64,000 nt of DNA. Origin: Candidatus Levyibacteriota bacterium (GTDB lineage: Bacteria; Patescibacteriota; Microgenomatia; Levybacterales; UBA12049). Positions 46,754-57,100 of this stretch are shown one piece after another. Made by a program: the position numbers and the translations under genes. The first letter of the stretch is position 1, and every line of letters starts with the position of its first letter. Location: NCBI GenBank assembly GCA_963790825.1, contig CAWBPM010000002.1, forward strand, positions 618,815-682,814, in the 5' to 3' direction. The notes under the pieces are model-generated. The model saw only the letters and a program-made list of their open reading frames with translations. It made no database searches and had not been told where the DNA came from.

Positions 46754-47125
46754 CTATAAATCCCCTAAAAGTTTTGTAATATCTTCAATCATATTATTCG
46801 TATCCGTATACATCAAAAACTTTTTGCTGATAATGCTTAATGATCCTGATATTTCTACACCTTTTTTATAGATACAAACGATTGGAATCTGTAACAAATC
46901 CGCCCAGCCGAGCTCTATTCCCTGTCCGGTCGCAGGATATGACACTTCTGCAATTACCAAATCACAGGTTTTAGATTCAAAAAGTTCTTTTGTATCAAAC
47001 GGCGTATCGTTCTCGTCATAAGGAAAAATAAATTCATGTTGCTTAGCAAGTTCTGAATTCTTCAGCGGTTCATAGAGTTCTTTTTTATAATCAAAATTTC
47101 TCGAATGGCTAATGTAGATTTTCAT
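46754..47125 (-). CDS. nucleoside 2-deoxyribosyltransferase/DNPH1-like protein
   Basis: MKIYISHS, DLVIAEVSYPATGQGIELGWA. Confidence 0.8.
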   Translation of the reverse strand: MKIYISHSRNFDYKKELYEPLKNSELAKQHEFIFPYDENDTPFDTKELFESKTCDLVIAEVSYPATGQGIELGWADLLQIPIVCIYKKGVEISGSLSIISKKFLMYTDTNNMIEDITKLLGDL

Positions 47126-47706
47126 ATAGATAAATACTCCTTCATCTTTTTTTCAAATTCCGAAATGTTCGTAAATAACTCTGCGTGTAAACCTGCTTTT
47201 TTTGCACCCGTTATATTCTCCTCATCGTCATCCCAAAAGAGAACTTGGTTGGGCTGTAACTTTTGCTCTTTCAAAATATGCTGAAAAAACTCCACGTCCG
47301 GTTTCATTTGACCGATATGAGCCGATGCATACACTTTATCGAACAGATCGTTAAGCTTTAACTCTTTTATTAAATATTCCACGCGGTATTTCTCATTATT
47401 TGTTGCCAAAAAAACTTTTATACCTTTCTTTCTAAGCTGCCTTGCATACTGGAACATTTTTTCATCCATCTGTTTTTCTCCCTCAAACCAAAAGTCCAAC
47501 AATTCATCCACAGTTCCTTTCCATTCCCACTCTTTCACTACTTTTTTAAGCTCTTCTTTCAGGTCAGCACGTCCTATGAGACATTCCTGAAAAATTCCCT
47601 TCATAAAAGCAGTTACTGTTTTAAGAGGAAGTCCCGATCGTTCGCTGAAATATTTTTCTCTGTGGATTAAAACCCCATCTGCATCGAAAATAATTGCGGT
47701 AATCAT
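47122..47706 (-). CDS. HAD family hydrolase
   Basis: IIFDADGVL, LATN, KPD, FWDD. Confidence 0.92.
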   Translation of the reverse strand: MITAIIFDADGVLIHREKYFSERSGLPLKTVTAFMKGIFQECLIGRADLKEELKKVVKEWEWKGTVDELLDFWFEGEKQMDEKMFQYARQLRKKGIKVFLATNNEKYRVEYLIKELKLNDLFDKVYASAHIGQMKPDVEFFQHILKEQKLQPNQVLFWDDDEENITGAKKAGLHAELFTNISEFEKKMKEYLSI

Positions 47707-47737
47707 TTACTATGTATTATAGTATATTGCGAGTAGC

Positions 47738-48397
47738 TTAAGATTGTTGGTCATGTCTCTTTTCCCAACTGGCTTTTCCTACCTCTTTTTTATGGGAATG
47801 GAAATATGCGTTATAATCTTCCGACCCTGCAATAGCACCTGCTAATTCACCTGCTTGGTCCACAGCAGAAAGAAATAGTTCGATTTCTCCTTCTGTCTCA
47901 AAGTATTGCCTGTTCTGTCTTACAAAAGTAACATTATCCCACGTTCTTTCAGGCCTTTCTCCGGACTCCAAACAGACACGTCTGATTGTCCGGGGTTCAT
48001 CGTCTTCATTTTGTAAAGTTATTTGAACAGCACTATAAAATCCATCCGGATTTCGCCAGTAACCCACAGTTTCCACTCTCGTATCATCGTCAATTCTGTC
48101 CCGTCTTACTTCTACATCTCCGCTTGGAGTCTCAAGTACTTGTACTAAACTTGGAAATTTTTCTCTCAATTCTCCAAGCCGTATCGGAACTGCCGGCTCT
48201 ACTCCACCTGTTGACCATTCATCCCAATTAAGCCCTGCGTGCGGAGTGCCATTTGCTCTTTTTGCGTGATCTACAATTTTTTCTGCGACACCAATTACTT
48301 TTCTTTCTGTAACGAATGCACATCTGCGGCCTTTCTCAGCATCGGCACTTAGTTTTGCTAAAAATTCGGATTGTGCTTCTGATGGTTGTTCTATCAT
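47738..48397 (-). CDS. hypothetical protein
   Basis: 219-aa ORF with TGCTATAAT upstream. Confidence 0.65.
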   Translation of the reverse strand: MIEQPSEAQSEFLAKLSADAEKGRRCAFVTERKVIGVAEKIVDHAKRANGTPHAGLNWDEWSTGGVEPAVPIRLGELREKFPSLVQVLETPSGDVEVRRDRIDDDTRVETVGYWRNPDGFYSAVQITLQNEDDEPRTIRRVCLESGERPERTWDNVTFVRQNRQYFETEGEIELFLSAVDQAGELAGAIAGSEDYNAYFHSHKKEVGKASWEKRHDQQS

Positions 48398-48441
48398 ATT
48401 TTTTTTGCTTCAACAAGCACCATATATTATAGCAGGCCTTG

Positions 48442-49509
48442 TCAAGACCTTGATTGGGCTGGGGTGATAAGTACCAGTTGAGGAGTTAATGTAGAAGCAT
48501 ACTCCAATGGTGTTTTGTAGTCAAGGGCTTGATGAGGGCGAATGCTGTTGTATTTGACTAACCATTCTGTTAAATCAACATTCGCTTCCGCTATGTCATC
48601 AAGCCCTACCTCTGAAAAATCGAGCCATTCTCTCTGCACTGTATGATTAAATTTTTCAAGACACGGGTTGTCTTTTGGGGTATGTGGACGAGAAAATATT
48701 TGTTGTATTGATAATTGTTCACAGGTATCTGAAAAGTGTTTCGCAAATTCTGATCCATTGTCTGAGTGTATGACTGACAATTTGTTCTCACTGAGGTATC
48801 GTAACCTCCTGAGAAAATCTGCGCCATTTTGTGATGAAGCTGTTGGATACACTCTTGCAAACCCAAGTTTTGTTTTATCATCCAAAGCGGTAAATATTAC
48901 TCTCCTTTGTCCATACCACCAGATAAGGATACTGTCGGTATGCCACAGTCTTCCCGGTTCCTTCATTGTGTGGATACGAATCCGTGGCTGTTTTGTCTTT
49001 CCTACCGTGTAGACTCGCTTCTTTTTCTTCTCTTGAAATAACTTGTGCTTTCGTATGACTCGTTCTATCTTCCAGGTTGTTATCTTCTGGTTATACCTGT
49101 TCTGATAAAGTACTTTCAGTTTTTGTTTACCTAGTTCCATGTTTTCTTTTCGAAGGATAATAATTTGTTTTTCTTCTTTTGCCGTTACCATCCATTCCCG
49201 TACCCTCTTGGGTCGCTTTGATTTCTCCTCTAAACAATATGCATTACTCCTGTCAAACCGTTGTACCCACCGCCTGAGACATTTGCGTGAAATCCCAAAA
49301 TGGAAAGCTGTTGTTGTTATATTCTCTTTCCCAACAGTATAATAGAATGCAATCCACTCCAATCGTAATCTCCCGTCGGAGGATATTCCTTCTTGTTTTG
49401 CCTGATAGCGATAGTAATCCCAGAAGTTCTCTTTTCCTTTTTGTATATCCCTCCATGTTTGGTACGTCCACGGATGGGCTGATACTGGCTTATGTGCTTT
49501 CGTTTTCAT
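48442..49509 (-). CDS. IS481-like transposase (integrase core domain)
   Basis: HTH, WHTDS, ALDD, HSDNGSEF, PKDNPCLEKFN, YNSIRPHQAL; GGAGGTG RBS before ATG 49509. Confidence 0.93.
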   Translation of the reverse strand: MKTKAHKPVSAHPWTYQTWRDIQKGKENFWDYYRYQAKQEGISSDGRLRLEWIAFYYTVGKENITTTAFHFGISRKCLRRWVQRFDRSNAYCLEEKSKRPKRVREWMVTAKEEKQIIILRKENMELGKQKLKVLYQNRYNQKITTWKIERVIRKHKLFQEKKKKRVYTVGKTKQPRIRIHTMKEPGRLWHTDSILIWWYGQRRVIFTALDDKTKLGFARVYPTASSQNGADFLRRLRYLSENKLSVIHSDNGSEFAKHFSDTCEQLSIQQIFSRPHTPKDNPCLEKFNHTVQREWLDFSEVGLDDIAEANVDLTEWLVKYNSIRPHQALDYKTPLEYASTLTPQLVLITPAQSRS

Positions 49510-49570
49510 AGTCACCTCCTCAGACGTTATTCTACGCCTAAAGTGGTACCTATGTATCTCAGCCTACTCA
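48451..49570 (-). mobile_element. complete IS481-like element, about 1.12 kb
   Basis: Imperfect terminal IRs TGATTGGGCTGGGGTGATAAGTACCA (48451-48476) and TGGTACCTATGTATCTCAGCCTACTCA (49544-49570); no clear target duplication. Confidence 0.8.
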
Positions 49571-49620
49571 GACAATCTAAATTAATTAATTTTCTATCAG
49601 TGAAATTATAGGAGAAAGTG

Positions 49621-50616
49621 TTATACTGCTGCTACGTTTTTTCCTTCGTAGAATCCGCCGGCAACAGTCAGTTCCGCTTTAATCAGAGGATGTGGGTCAT
49701 AATTTTCCAGCAGTACATGTTCGGGTTTAATATCAGCCAAAGTTTTAACACTCGGATCGATAGTAATTGTCGGGAAAGGTTTCGGTTCACGTTTCAATTG
49801 TTCTTTTACTTGCTCAATATGATTCTCATAAATATGCACATCACCATACGAATGAATAAACTCGCCCGGTTCAAGATTTAATATTTTGGCCAGAATTACT
49901 GTCAAAAGTGCATAAGAAGCAATATTAAACGGAACACCTAAAAACAAATCGCAGCTTCTTTGATACAAAATCAGAGACAATTTTCCGTCCCGATTACTTA
50001 CCTGATACATATTGTGGCAAATCGGAAAACGGGATGCATTTTCAGAATCAGCCATCGTATAGAGATATTCCGGATTCCATGAATTGACAATAGCGTTATG
50101 AGCATTCGGATCCGCTTTCAACTCGTCTATTACCCATTGCAGCTGGTCGATGGTCCGGCCGGTCTTAGTCGGCCAGCGCCGCCACATTTCGCCGTAGATA
50201 CGCGGTAATTCTCCCCATTTGTTGGCAAATTTATCATCGGTTGCGATTTTTTCGATGAATTCTTCTTTCGTCATCACCGGTAAAACTAAATCCTCGACCA
50301 CTTTTTTATATGTTTTGTACGGATAGTCATCCCAAATATGTACATTGTTATCAACTAAATATTTTATGTTTGACCGTCCTGACATGAACCAAAATAGTTC
50401 GTACAAAACACCTTTCCAATAAACTTTTTTCGTAGTTAACAGAGGAAATCCTTGGGACAGATCGTATCTGGCTTGCTTACCGAATAAGCTGTATGTTACG
50501 ACACCTGTTCCGCGGTCGACTTGTTTTATGCCGGTATCTAAAATTTCCTGGAGTAAATTGAGGTATTGATATTCTAGATGATTTCTTTTAACTATTTTTA
50601 CCCCATTAGATTTCAT
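49621..50616 (-). CDS. thyA: thymidylate synthase
   Basis: DRGTG, FPLLTTKK, ELFWF, PICH, YQRSCDLFLGVPFNIASY, GDVHIYENH. Confidence 0.97.
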   Translation of the reverse strand: MKSNGVKIVKRNHLEYQYLNLLQEILDTGIKQVDRGTGVVTYSLFGKQARYDLSQGFPLLTTKKVYWKGVLYELFWFMSGRSNIKYLVDNNVHIWDDYPYKTYKKVVEDLVLPVMTKEEFIEKIATDDKFANKWGELPRIYGEMWRRWPTKTGRTIDQLQWVIDELKADPNAHNAIVNSWNPEYLYTMADSENASRFPICHNMYQVSNRDGKLSLILYQRSCDLFLGVPFNIASYALLTVILAKILNLEPGEFIHSYGDVHIYENHIEQVKEQLKREPKPFPTITIDPSVKTLADIKPEHVLLENYDPHPLIKAELTVAGGFYEGKNVAAV

Positions 50617-50842
50617 CCCATCATTTTTACCGCATTGGCAATCTTTTTACAAGATATACAACTCTATCAAACCATTTACTTTCTATTTCAGTTGGCGTGT
50701 CACTAAATAATATAAGTCATATTGATGGATTAATATTATTTCGAGGAGTTTGAGAAAAGTATTTTATTATTGGTATTTATTTATTTACTTACGCATGCTT
50801 TCTAATTTAATTTTGAATTATGAATTTTAAATTTTGAATTTT

Positions 50843-51382
50843 TTATACTTGCTTTTCTTTTTTCCTCGCCGTTACCCGTCCGCCTTGCCATTGCCCGCGG
50901 TACTGACTGCCTACGCCTTTTATCTCATGGAATATAACATGGACAAAGCGTGCTCCCATTTCGATCTCAACCGTAATCGGTCCTTCATTTTTTAAACCAA
51001 ACGTTAATTCTCCCTGATATCCCGGTTGAATCGGACCTGTCCTGATAAAAATCCCCGACCGGAACGTCGTCGTTCTAGGTAAAATAACTGCTGACAAATT
51101 AAGCGGCAAATTTATTTTCTCAATTGTTTTAACTAAGAAAAAATCACCCGGTTTTATTTTAATACTCTGTTTTTTCTTCGGGTCATATGTTTTAACTGTT
51201 TTTATATCTGCCGTCTGGCGATGCGTTTCACCTAAAAATGCTTTGCCAGAAATTTCATAGACTTCCCCCAAGCGTAAATCAAATCCCGCTCCTTCGGGAT
51301 TGGTAAGCTCCCGTTCCGAAAGATTTTCAACCAGTTTTTGTTTCTTAACCAATGTTAATAATTTCTTAGGTGAAAGTATCAT
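50843..51382 (-). CDS. trimeric dUTPase/dCTP deaminase-fold protein
   Basis: GFDLRLG, PRTTTFRSG, IQPGYQG, YRGQWQG; lacks the deaminase Glu. Confidence 0.8.
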   Translation of the reverse strand: MILSPKKLLTLVKKQKLVENLSERELTNPEGAGFDLRLGEVYEISGKAFLGETHRQTADIKTVKTYDPKKKQSIKIKPGDFFLVKTIEKINLPLNLSAVILPRTTTFRSGIFIRTGPIQPGYQGELTFGLKNEGPITVEIEMGARFVHVIFHEIKGVGSQYRGQWQGGRVTARKKEKQV

Positions 51383-51509
51383 AAATTTATATATGCCTTA
51401 ATTTACTTATACCTTTTTACTAAATTCACTATCCTTCCGTCAAGTGGCTTTTTCCAATTTGTCATCCTGAGTTTATCTTATCCTTCCGAAATTTTAATGA
51501 AGGGGGATT

Positions 51510-52517
51510 TCAGGATCTCTTTTCGCTTTCATCTGCTAATTTTACCAATTCATTATATTGCTCACCTATTTGAGTAATCGCAAAAGGACTATCTTTTCTG
51601 CTTTTCAATTGATAAATAGTGACAGGTAACGTCGTAATGAGTTCTGCAAGTTTTACTTGAGATGTTAACGTATCTTTTTTATTATCAGTATTAACTTCTG
51701 TAACGATCGGTATCCCCCCGACTTCGTCTACCTGTGAAACCCCGGCTTGCAAATCAGCCCTGTTATACGCATGGACTGCCATATCGACATTTTGTATCTG
51801 AATGCTCTGGTTAAGAAGCGCTGTTATATACTGCCCAAATTGCTGGTAATGAATTGACGGTCCTGAAATGGCAGCCAGAATTGGCGTAACCGGACGGCTG
51901 AGATGAAGAGATTTTAAAACAGCCAGAGTCTCTTTCGTAAAATAAGCAAACGTATCATAATTTTGATCCCACCAAAAGTTCGACTCATTCGGTTCATTCC
52001 CTATTTCAAGCCATTCCACGCTTTTATGCTCAGTAATCGCCAGGAGATCCAATTTTATGAATTCTTTAATTTGGGTTTCATTTTGCTTAAGTTCCGAAAC
52101 TGTCTTGGGCATTGAGTGAATAAAACGAAGGACCGCACCGTTATCGACAAATGTGTAAAAAGGAAGCTCTCCGGGATCATAACAGAAAATTACTTTTTTA
52201 TTTTCTTTATCTGCCTCGGTCAGTTCTTCTTCAACCTGAGGATTATTTTCAAAAGTACCATCTACACTGACCAGAGAAGTAGGACTGCCGATTCGCAAGG
52301 TATTAATATGCAGTTTATCTGTCCCTTCTATCATTGACTGTTCAGAAACACTAACACCTATTCGTGAGTCATAGCTTGTTGTAGTTGTTTGAGAAGCAGA
52401 AACAGTTTCGGACGGATGAGGAAAACCTGTAGAATAGAAGGTAGAAGACAAAAGAGCAACAGATCCTAATATTTTTCTTATTTGGTTCCTAGGCTTTAGT
52501 TTTTCAACCTGCGCCAT
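51510..52517 (-). CDS. exported glycoside hydrolase-like protein (clan GH-A)
   Basis: N-terminal hydrophobic segment; EIGNEPN acid/base, VHAY, IVTE nucleophile. Confidence 0.65.
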   Translation of the reverse strand: MAQVEKLKPRNQIRKILGSVALLSSTFYSTGFPHPSETVSASQTTTTSYDSRIGVSVSEQSMIEGTDKLHINTLRIGSPTSLVSVDGTFENNPQVEEELTEADKENKKVIFCYDPGELPFYTFVDNGAVLRFIHSMPKTVSELKQNETQIKEFIKLDLLAITEHKSVEWLEIGNEPNESNFWWDQNYDTFAYFTKETLAVLKSLHLSRPVTPILAAISGPSIHYQQFGQYITALLNQSIQIQNVDMAVHAYNRADLQAGVSQVDEVGGIPIVTEVNTDNKKDTLTSQVKLAELITTLPVTIYQLKSRKDSPFAITQIGEQYNELVKLADESEKRS

Positions 52518-52550
52518 AGATATTTACAATTATACACCTCAGCTGTACAC

Positions 52551-52634
52551 ATAACCAATAACCAATAACCAATAACCAATAACCAATAACCAATAACCAA
52601 TAACCAATAACCAATAACCAATAACCAATAACCA
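52551..52634. repeat. perfect tandem repeat (ATAACCA)x12
   Basis: 12 exact 7-bp copies between two divergent genes. Confidence 0.97.
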
Positions 52635-52643
52635 ATTATATTA

Positions 52644-52672
52644 TTGACAAGTATATGAAACTCAAGTAGTCT
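52644..52672 (+). promoter_or_regulatory. sigma70 promoter for the pilin-like gene
   Basis: TTGACA-17 nt-TAGTCT, 6 nt before ATG 52679. Confidence 0.6.
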
Positions 52673-52678
52673 AGACGT

Positions 52679-53440
52679 ATGAGGCTCTTCGCTAAATTGG
52701 TAATCTCGTTTTTTGTTTTTACGTTATTTATTTTTAATCCTCCTAAGATGTTCGCAGTTACTGCTCCCCCTATTTGTAGCGCAGTGACCGCGTTTAATCT
52801 TACCTGTTCTCTTTCGGGTACAGCTACGTTTACAGCTTCTTGGGATTTATCTGCATATGGAGTACCAGCAGCTAGTAATATTTGCAATATTTATGTTTAT
52901 GCTGGCAGCAATGCCCATACTATTAGTCATACGTGTGCTGGCAGCAATGTTAGCATTACGGTTCCTGCTGATAATTCTCCGACTGTTTCAATCTACGTAA
53001 GCAATGGAATTATTGGTGATGTATGTTATAATGCTCCTCAAGGCACCATAAATAATGCTTGTGCTCCTCCCACTGCTACACCAATCCCTGCTCCTACTAC
53101 TCCCCCTGTTAACATTTATGCAGGCTGCGAAGGCAGCGCGGCAGACAACGCGGCTGACGTCTGGAAGCTAGATTGTATTCCTGTTGTCGCAGGACAACTG
53201 GTTAATTATGCTCTCATTTTCCTAGGAATCGTCGCGGTTATATTTATTATCTATGCGGGCTACAAGTTTATTACTTCCCGCGGTGATCCGAAGCAGGTTG
53301 AAGGAGCCAGAAAAATTATTACTTACGTTCTTATCGGCATCACGATTATTTTACTTTCATTCTCTATTATAGCCTTCATTGCATATATTACGGGCGTAAC
53401 ATGTATCGATGGCTTTAGTCTACATGCATGTAACACGTAA
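52679..53440 (+). CDS. pilin-like protein (TrbC/VirB2-type C-terminal hairpin) with Cys-rich N-terminal domain
   Basis: Signal peptide; IFIIYAGYKFITSRGDPKQVEGARKIITYVLIG. Confidence 0.85.
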   Translation: MRLFAKLVISFFVFTLFIFNPPKMFAVTAPPICSAVTAFNLTCSLSGTATFTASWDLSAYGVPAASNICNIYVYAGSNAHTISHTCAGSNVSITVPADNSPTVSIYVSNGIIGDVCYNAPQGTINNACAPPTATPIPAPTTPPVNIYAGCEGSAADNAADVWKLDCIPVVAGQLVNYALIFLGIVAVIFIIYAGYKFITSRGDPKQVEGARKIITYVLIGITIILLSFSIIAFIAYITGVTCIDGFSLHACNT

Positions 53441-53469
53441 ATTATCCTCATGGAGATAAAAAATATCTA

Positions 53470-54042
53470 TTATTTCCCGTCTTTATAAATCCGTGATTCG
53501 TCGGGACCTTTTTGTCCGATATATTTTGCATTTTTCTTCTTCATGTAAGGAACATCCGCAGGGGTTGACAACTGGTCGAAAGTAAATGAACAAATCCGCA
53601 TTCCGGGGGTGAGCGCCACTGCCATTCTTCCCAAGTTACCAAGTTCCAATACCGGATGCCCATCCCACCCGGGATCGAAAATTGATGCAGTCGAATGCAC
53701 AACAATCCCGAGTCTTCCGAGTGACGATCTGCCTTCAAGTCTGCCGATCAAATCAGAACTGATTATTAACTTTTCAAGCGTTACAGCCAGGACGAAATCC
53801 CCTGGTTGCATTATAAATTGCTCCCCGTCTTTCACTACAATTTCCCGCGTAATCTCATTACTGTGTTCTTTTTTTGTCGGATCAATAAAAGGCATTTTAC
53901 TGTATTCAAATACTCTGAAATGATTACCAAGCCTTAGGTCAATTGAGCAACTCCCGAGCTGCAGCGATAAATCCGGTTTCGGCGTAATAATAATCCTCTT
54001 ACTCTTCAGCGCTTTTTTAATATCTCGGTCCGATAGAATCAT
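53470..54042 (-). CDS. dcd: dCTP deaminase
   Basis: MILSDRDI, SIDLRLG, EGRSSLGRLG, HSTA..FDPGWDG..VLEL, KYIGQ. Confidence 0.95.
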   Translation of the reverse strand: MILSDRDIKKALKSKRIIITPKPDLSLQLGSCSIDLRLGNHFRVFEYSKMPFIDPTKKEHSNEITREIVVKDGEQFIMQPGDFVLAVTLEKLIISSDLIGRLEGRSSLGRLGIVVHSTASIFDPGWDGHPVLELGNLGRMAVALTPGMRICSFTFDQLSTPADVPYMKKKNAKYIGQKGPDESRIYKDGK

Positions 54043-54132
54043 GGGTAAAGTGTAACATGTACGTGGTATTTTGGGAAGGGGTAAGCTTGCCCGCATTGAC
54101 AATACTTCGAGGGTTTACTACGCTGTTATTAC

Positions 54133-57100
54133 ATGCAATTTTCCTTGATAAAATTTTATCCAAAAAGCTTGCACGTTTTCCGTATTTTCTCTACTCGATT
54201 TCTCGGAGTTTTTATTGCTTTGCTATTATTTCAAGCTACTAGTCCGGTTCAAAAAGCTTATGCGCAATATGCTGGCAATTTATTACAAAATCCATCGTTT
54301 GATACTACTTCACCTAATTGGCCTTCTCCTTGGTATATGTCTGTTTATCCTGATGCTGCTGCTACGGTAACTCAGGATATGTCAACGTATGTTGATGGAA
54401 ATTCCTCCGCACGAGTCGATATCAATACAGCCAGTCCGACCTTTTGGCATATCCAGCTACTGCAAACCGATGTTCCAATATCTCAAGGCGTTTCTTATAC
54501 AATCACCTTTTGGGCTAAGGCAACAACAGCTCGTACTATCAACGTTGTTGATCAAATGGGACTCTATCCCTATAACTCTTATTTCAGTCAGGATATCGAT
54601 ATCACTACCTCATGGCAACAATATACAATTACATTTACTGCTCCCGTAAATGACTCGCGTTCTCTTTTTACTTTTAACATAGGACTGCAAACCGGTAGTG
54701 TTTGGTTCGATGCTACGTCATTCCACTTTACTCTGCCTGATGATTATTGTTATGGACAAGGTGTCTATTTATATACCAACATAAATTGGACTGGTGCGTG
54801 TGCTAGATTTACTGCTGATACTCCTGATTTAACCAGTAGCATAGGCAACGGCACTGCTCAATCCGTTAGACTTGTAGGTGACTACGCTGCGACATTGTAT
54901 TCGGGTACAAACTATACTGGATCATCAAGCGCAGTTACTTCCGATGTCGCTGATCTTAGTACCACTGATGTTGGTCAAAAAGCTGTTTCTTCATTACAAA
55001 TTGCCGTACCTACTCCGACTCCTACTATACTTCTTGCACCTACAGCTACTCCGAGCGGCACAACTTACTCGATTACCGGAAATGTTTATAATGATCTTAA
55101 TAAAAATGGCGCGAAAGATTTAAGTCCGACATGGCAACAACTTACCAGCACCGTTACTGTAGATTATAACGACAGAACCAGTCTGGGAATTTCTGTTATC
55201 ATGGAAGGCGCATCCGGTACAGATTCGTTTCAAGTAGATGATATTTCTTTACAATTGGACAGCGGCCCAAATCTAATCACCAACCCCGGGTGTGAGGCAG
55301 ATACAAGCGACTGGGCTGGAACGCAAGCAACTCTTTCACAAGATACGACAGATTTTCATTCGGGTAGCGCGTCTTGTAATGTTCAGCAAACTACCGGAGA
55401 TCAATTTTCAATAAGCGACCAACCGGCTACTGTAAGTAATCCTCCGATGGGACAACAATATACAGCTACTGTTTGGGTCCGTACCGATTCATTAAATAAA
55501 CCGGTTTGGCTGTCTATAACAATGTCCGGTGGAGCCAATCCTGACGTAACTACGTATAGCCCAGCATTTGCTATGAACTCTAGTGAACCGAACTACAGCG
55601 GAGGAGCTGTTATTCAGTTATCAGACGGAGAGCAAACGGTTACCGATGCGAATGGAAATTATGCTTTTAATAACGAGCCATCCGGAACATATACGGTATC
55701 GCTTGCCTCGACAAGTATTTATACCCCGACTACATCCTCTTCTCAAACAATTGATCTGACAAGTGGCGACCAAACTGTTAACTTCGGATTGTATTACACC
55801 AGCTATACTTTGGCGGGGAATGTATTCGTCGATACCAATGACGATGGAGTTCAAGACGGAAGCGAAACCGGTTTTCCCGCAGGAACTGTTACCATTGCAG
55901 GTCCTGTATCCAAACAAGTAACTACAGATTCAGCTGGAAATTATTCGATACCTAATCTTCCTACCGGTATTTATATTGTCCAATATGCATTACCGTTTGG
56001 TTATACAACATCCACGACCAATCCGGTTACGATAAGTCTGGTTGCCAATACCATAGTTAATTTCGGACTTTCTCCATATACTCCTGCAGTCCTTACCAAC
56101 TCATGTGGTGCTGCTGCTCCCGAAGCAGATATCATGCTTGTTCTTGATTCTTCCGGTTCAATGGGTGAAGGAAGCAAAATACATGATGCCATAGCAGCTG
56201 CACAAAGTTTCGTTGATACGGTTGCAAGTCAACACCCTGCAAGCCAGGTGGGATTAGTAACATATAGTACCACCGTCCATATTGTAGATCCATTAATGCA
56301 AGACCATGGTGCTAACCAAACAAAATTAGATCATGATTTGGGAACTGCTGTAGCAGACGGTACTACATGCGGTTTATGTGCTATGCAAGAAGCAGTTAAT
56401 CAGCTCGAAAGTGGACACCATGGTAACGATACGAGAGTAATTGTTTTTCTTACTGACGGAATCGAAAACTATTTGCCGGGAGGACATGATCAAGTCCCTC
56501 CGCAAACAGCTCAGGATCCGATTTTGGCTCTGGCAGATCAAGAACATAATGATCACGGAACGAGCTTCTTCACGATAGGACTGGGAACTGATGTTGACGC
56601 AAATTTCCTGCAAAAACTAGCTGACGATACCGAAGCGAAATATTACTTCACTCCTACTTCCGATCAACTAAATTCGATTTATGCCAGTATTTATTATGAA
56701 ATTACTCAGGGTGTCGGCCAAGTCAAGGGAACTGTGTATAAAGATGTTAATTTTAACCGCCGCTTAGATGCAGCTGATCTAGGACTGCCCAGTTGGATTG
56801 CCACCTTAAGCAATGGAACAACCACTTATACGCAAGTGACAGATGTATCCGGAAATTATACTTTCACCGGTATTTGTACCGGCGCATATACCTTGCAGGA
56901 GCAAGCACAACCCGGCTGGTTTCAGGACAGTCCGAGACACCCAAGCAACTATGCCATTAATGTCCTTAACAGTTCAGCCATAACCAAGAAAAACTTTGGT
57001 AATACCCAAGGATATACTGTAGCTGGTTTTGTTTTTGACGATAGAAATAAAAATCAAACTTTCGATTCCGACGAAACAGCATTTACGAGCGGACTTGATA

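Noticed and set aside
52551-52634. Possible CRISPR array
   Set aside because: Contiguous 7-bp units with no spacers; no cas genes in the window.
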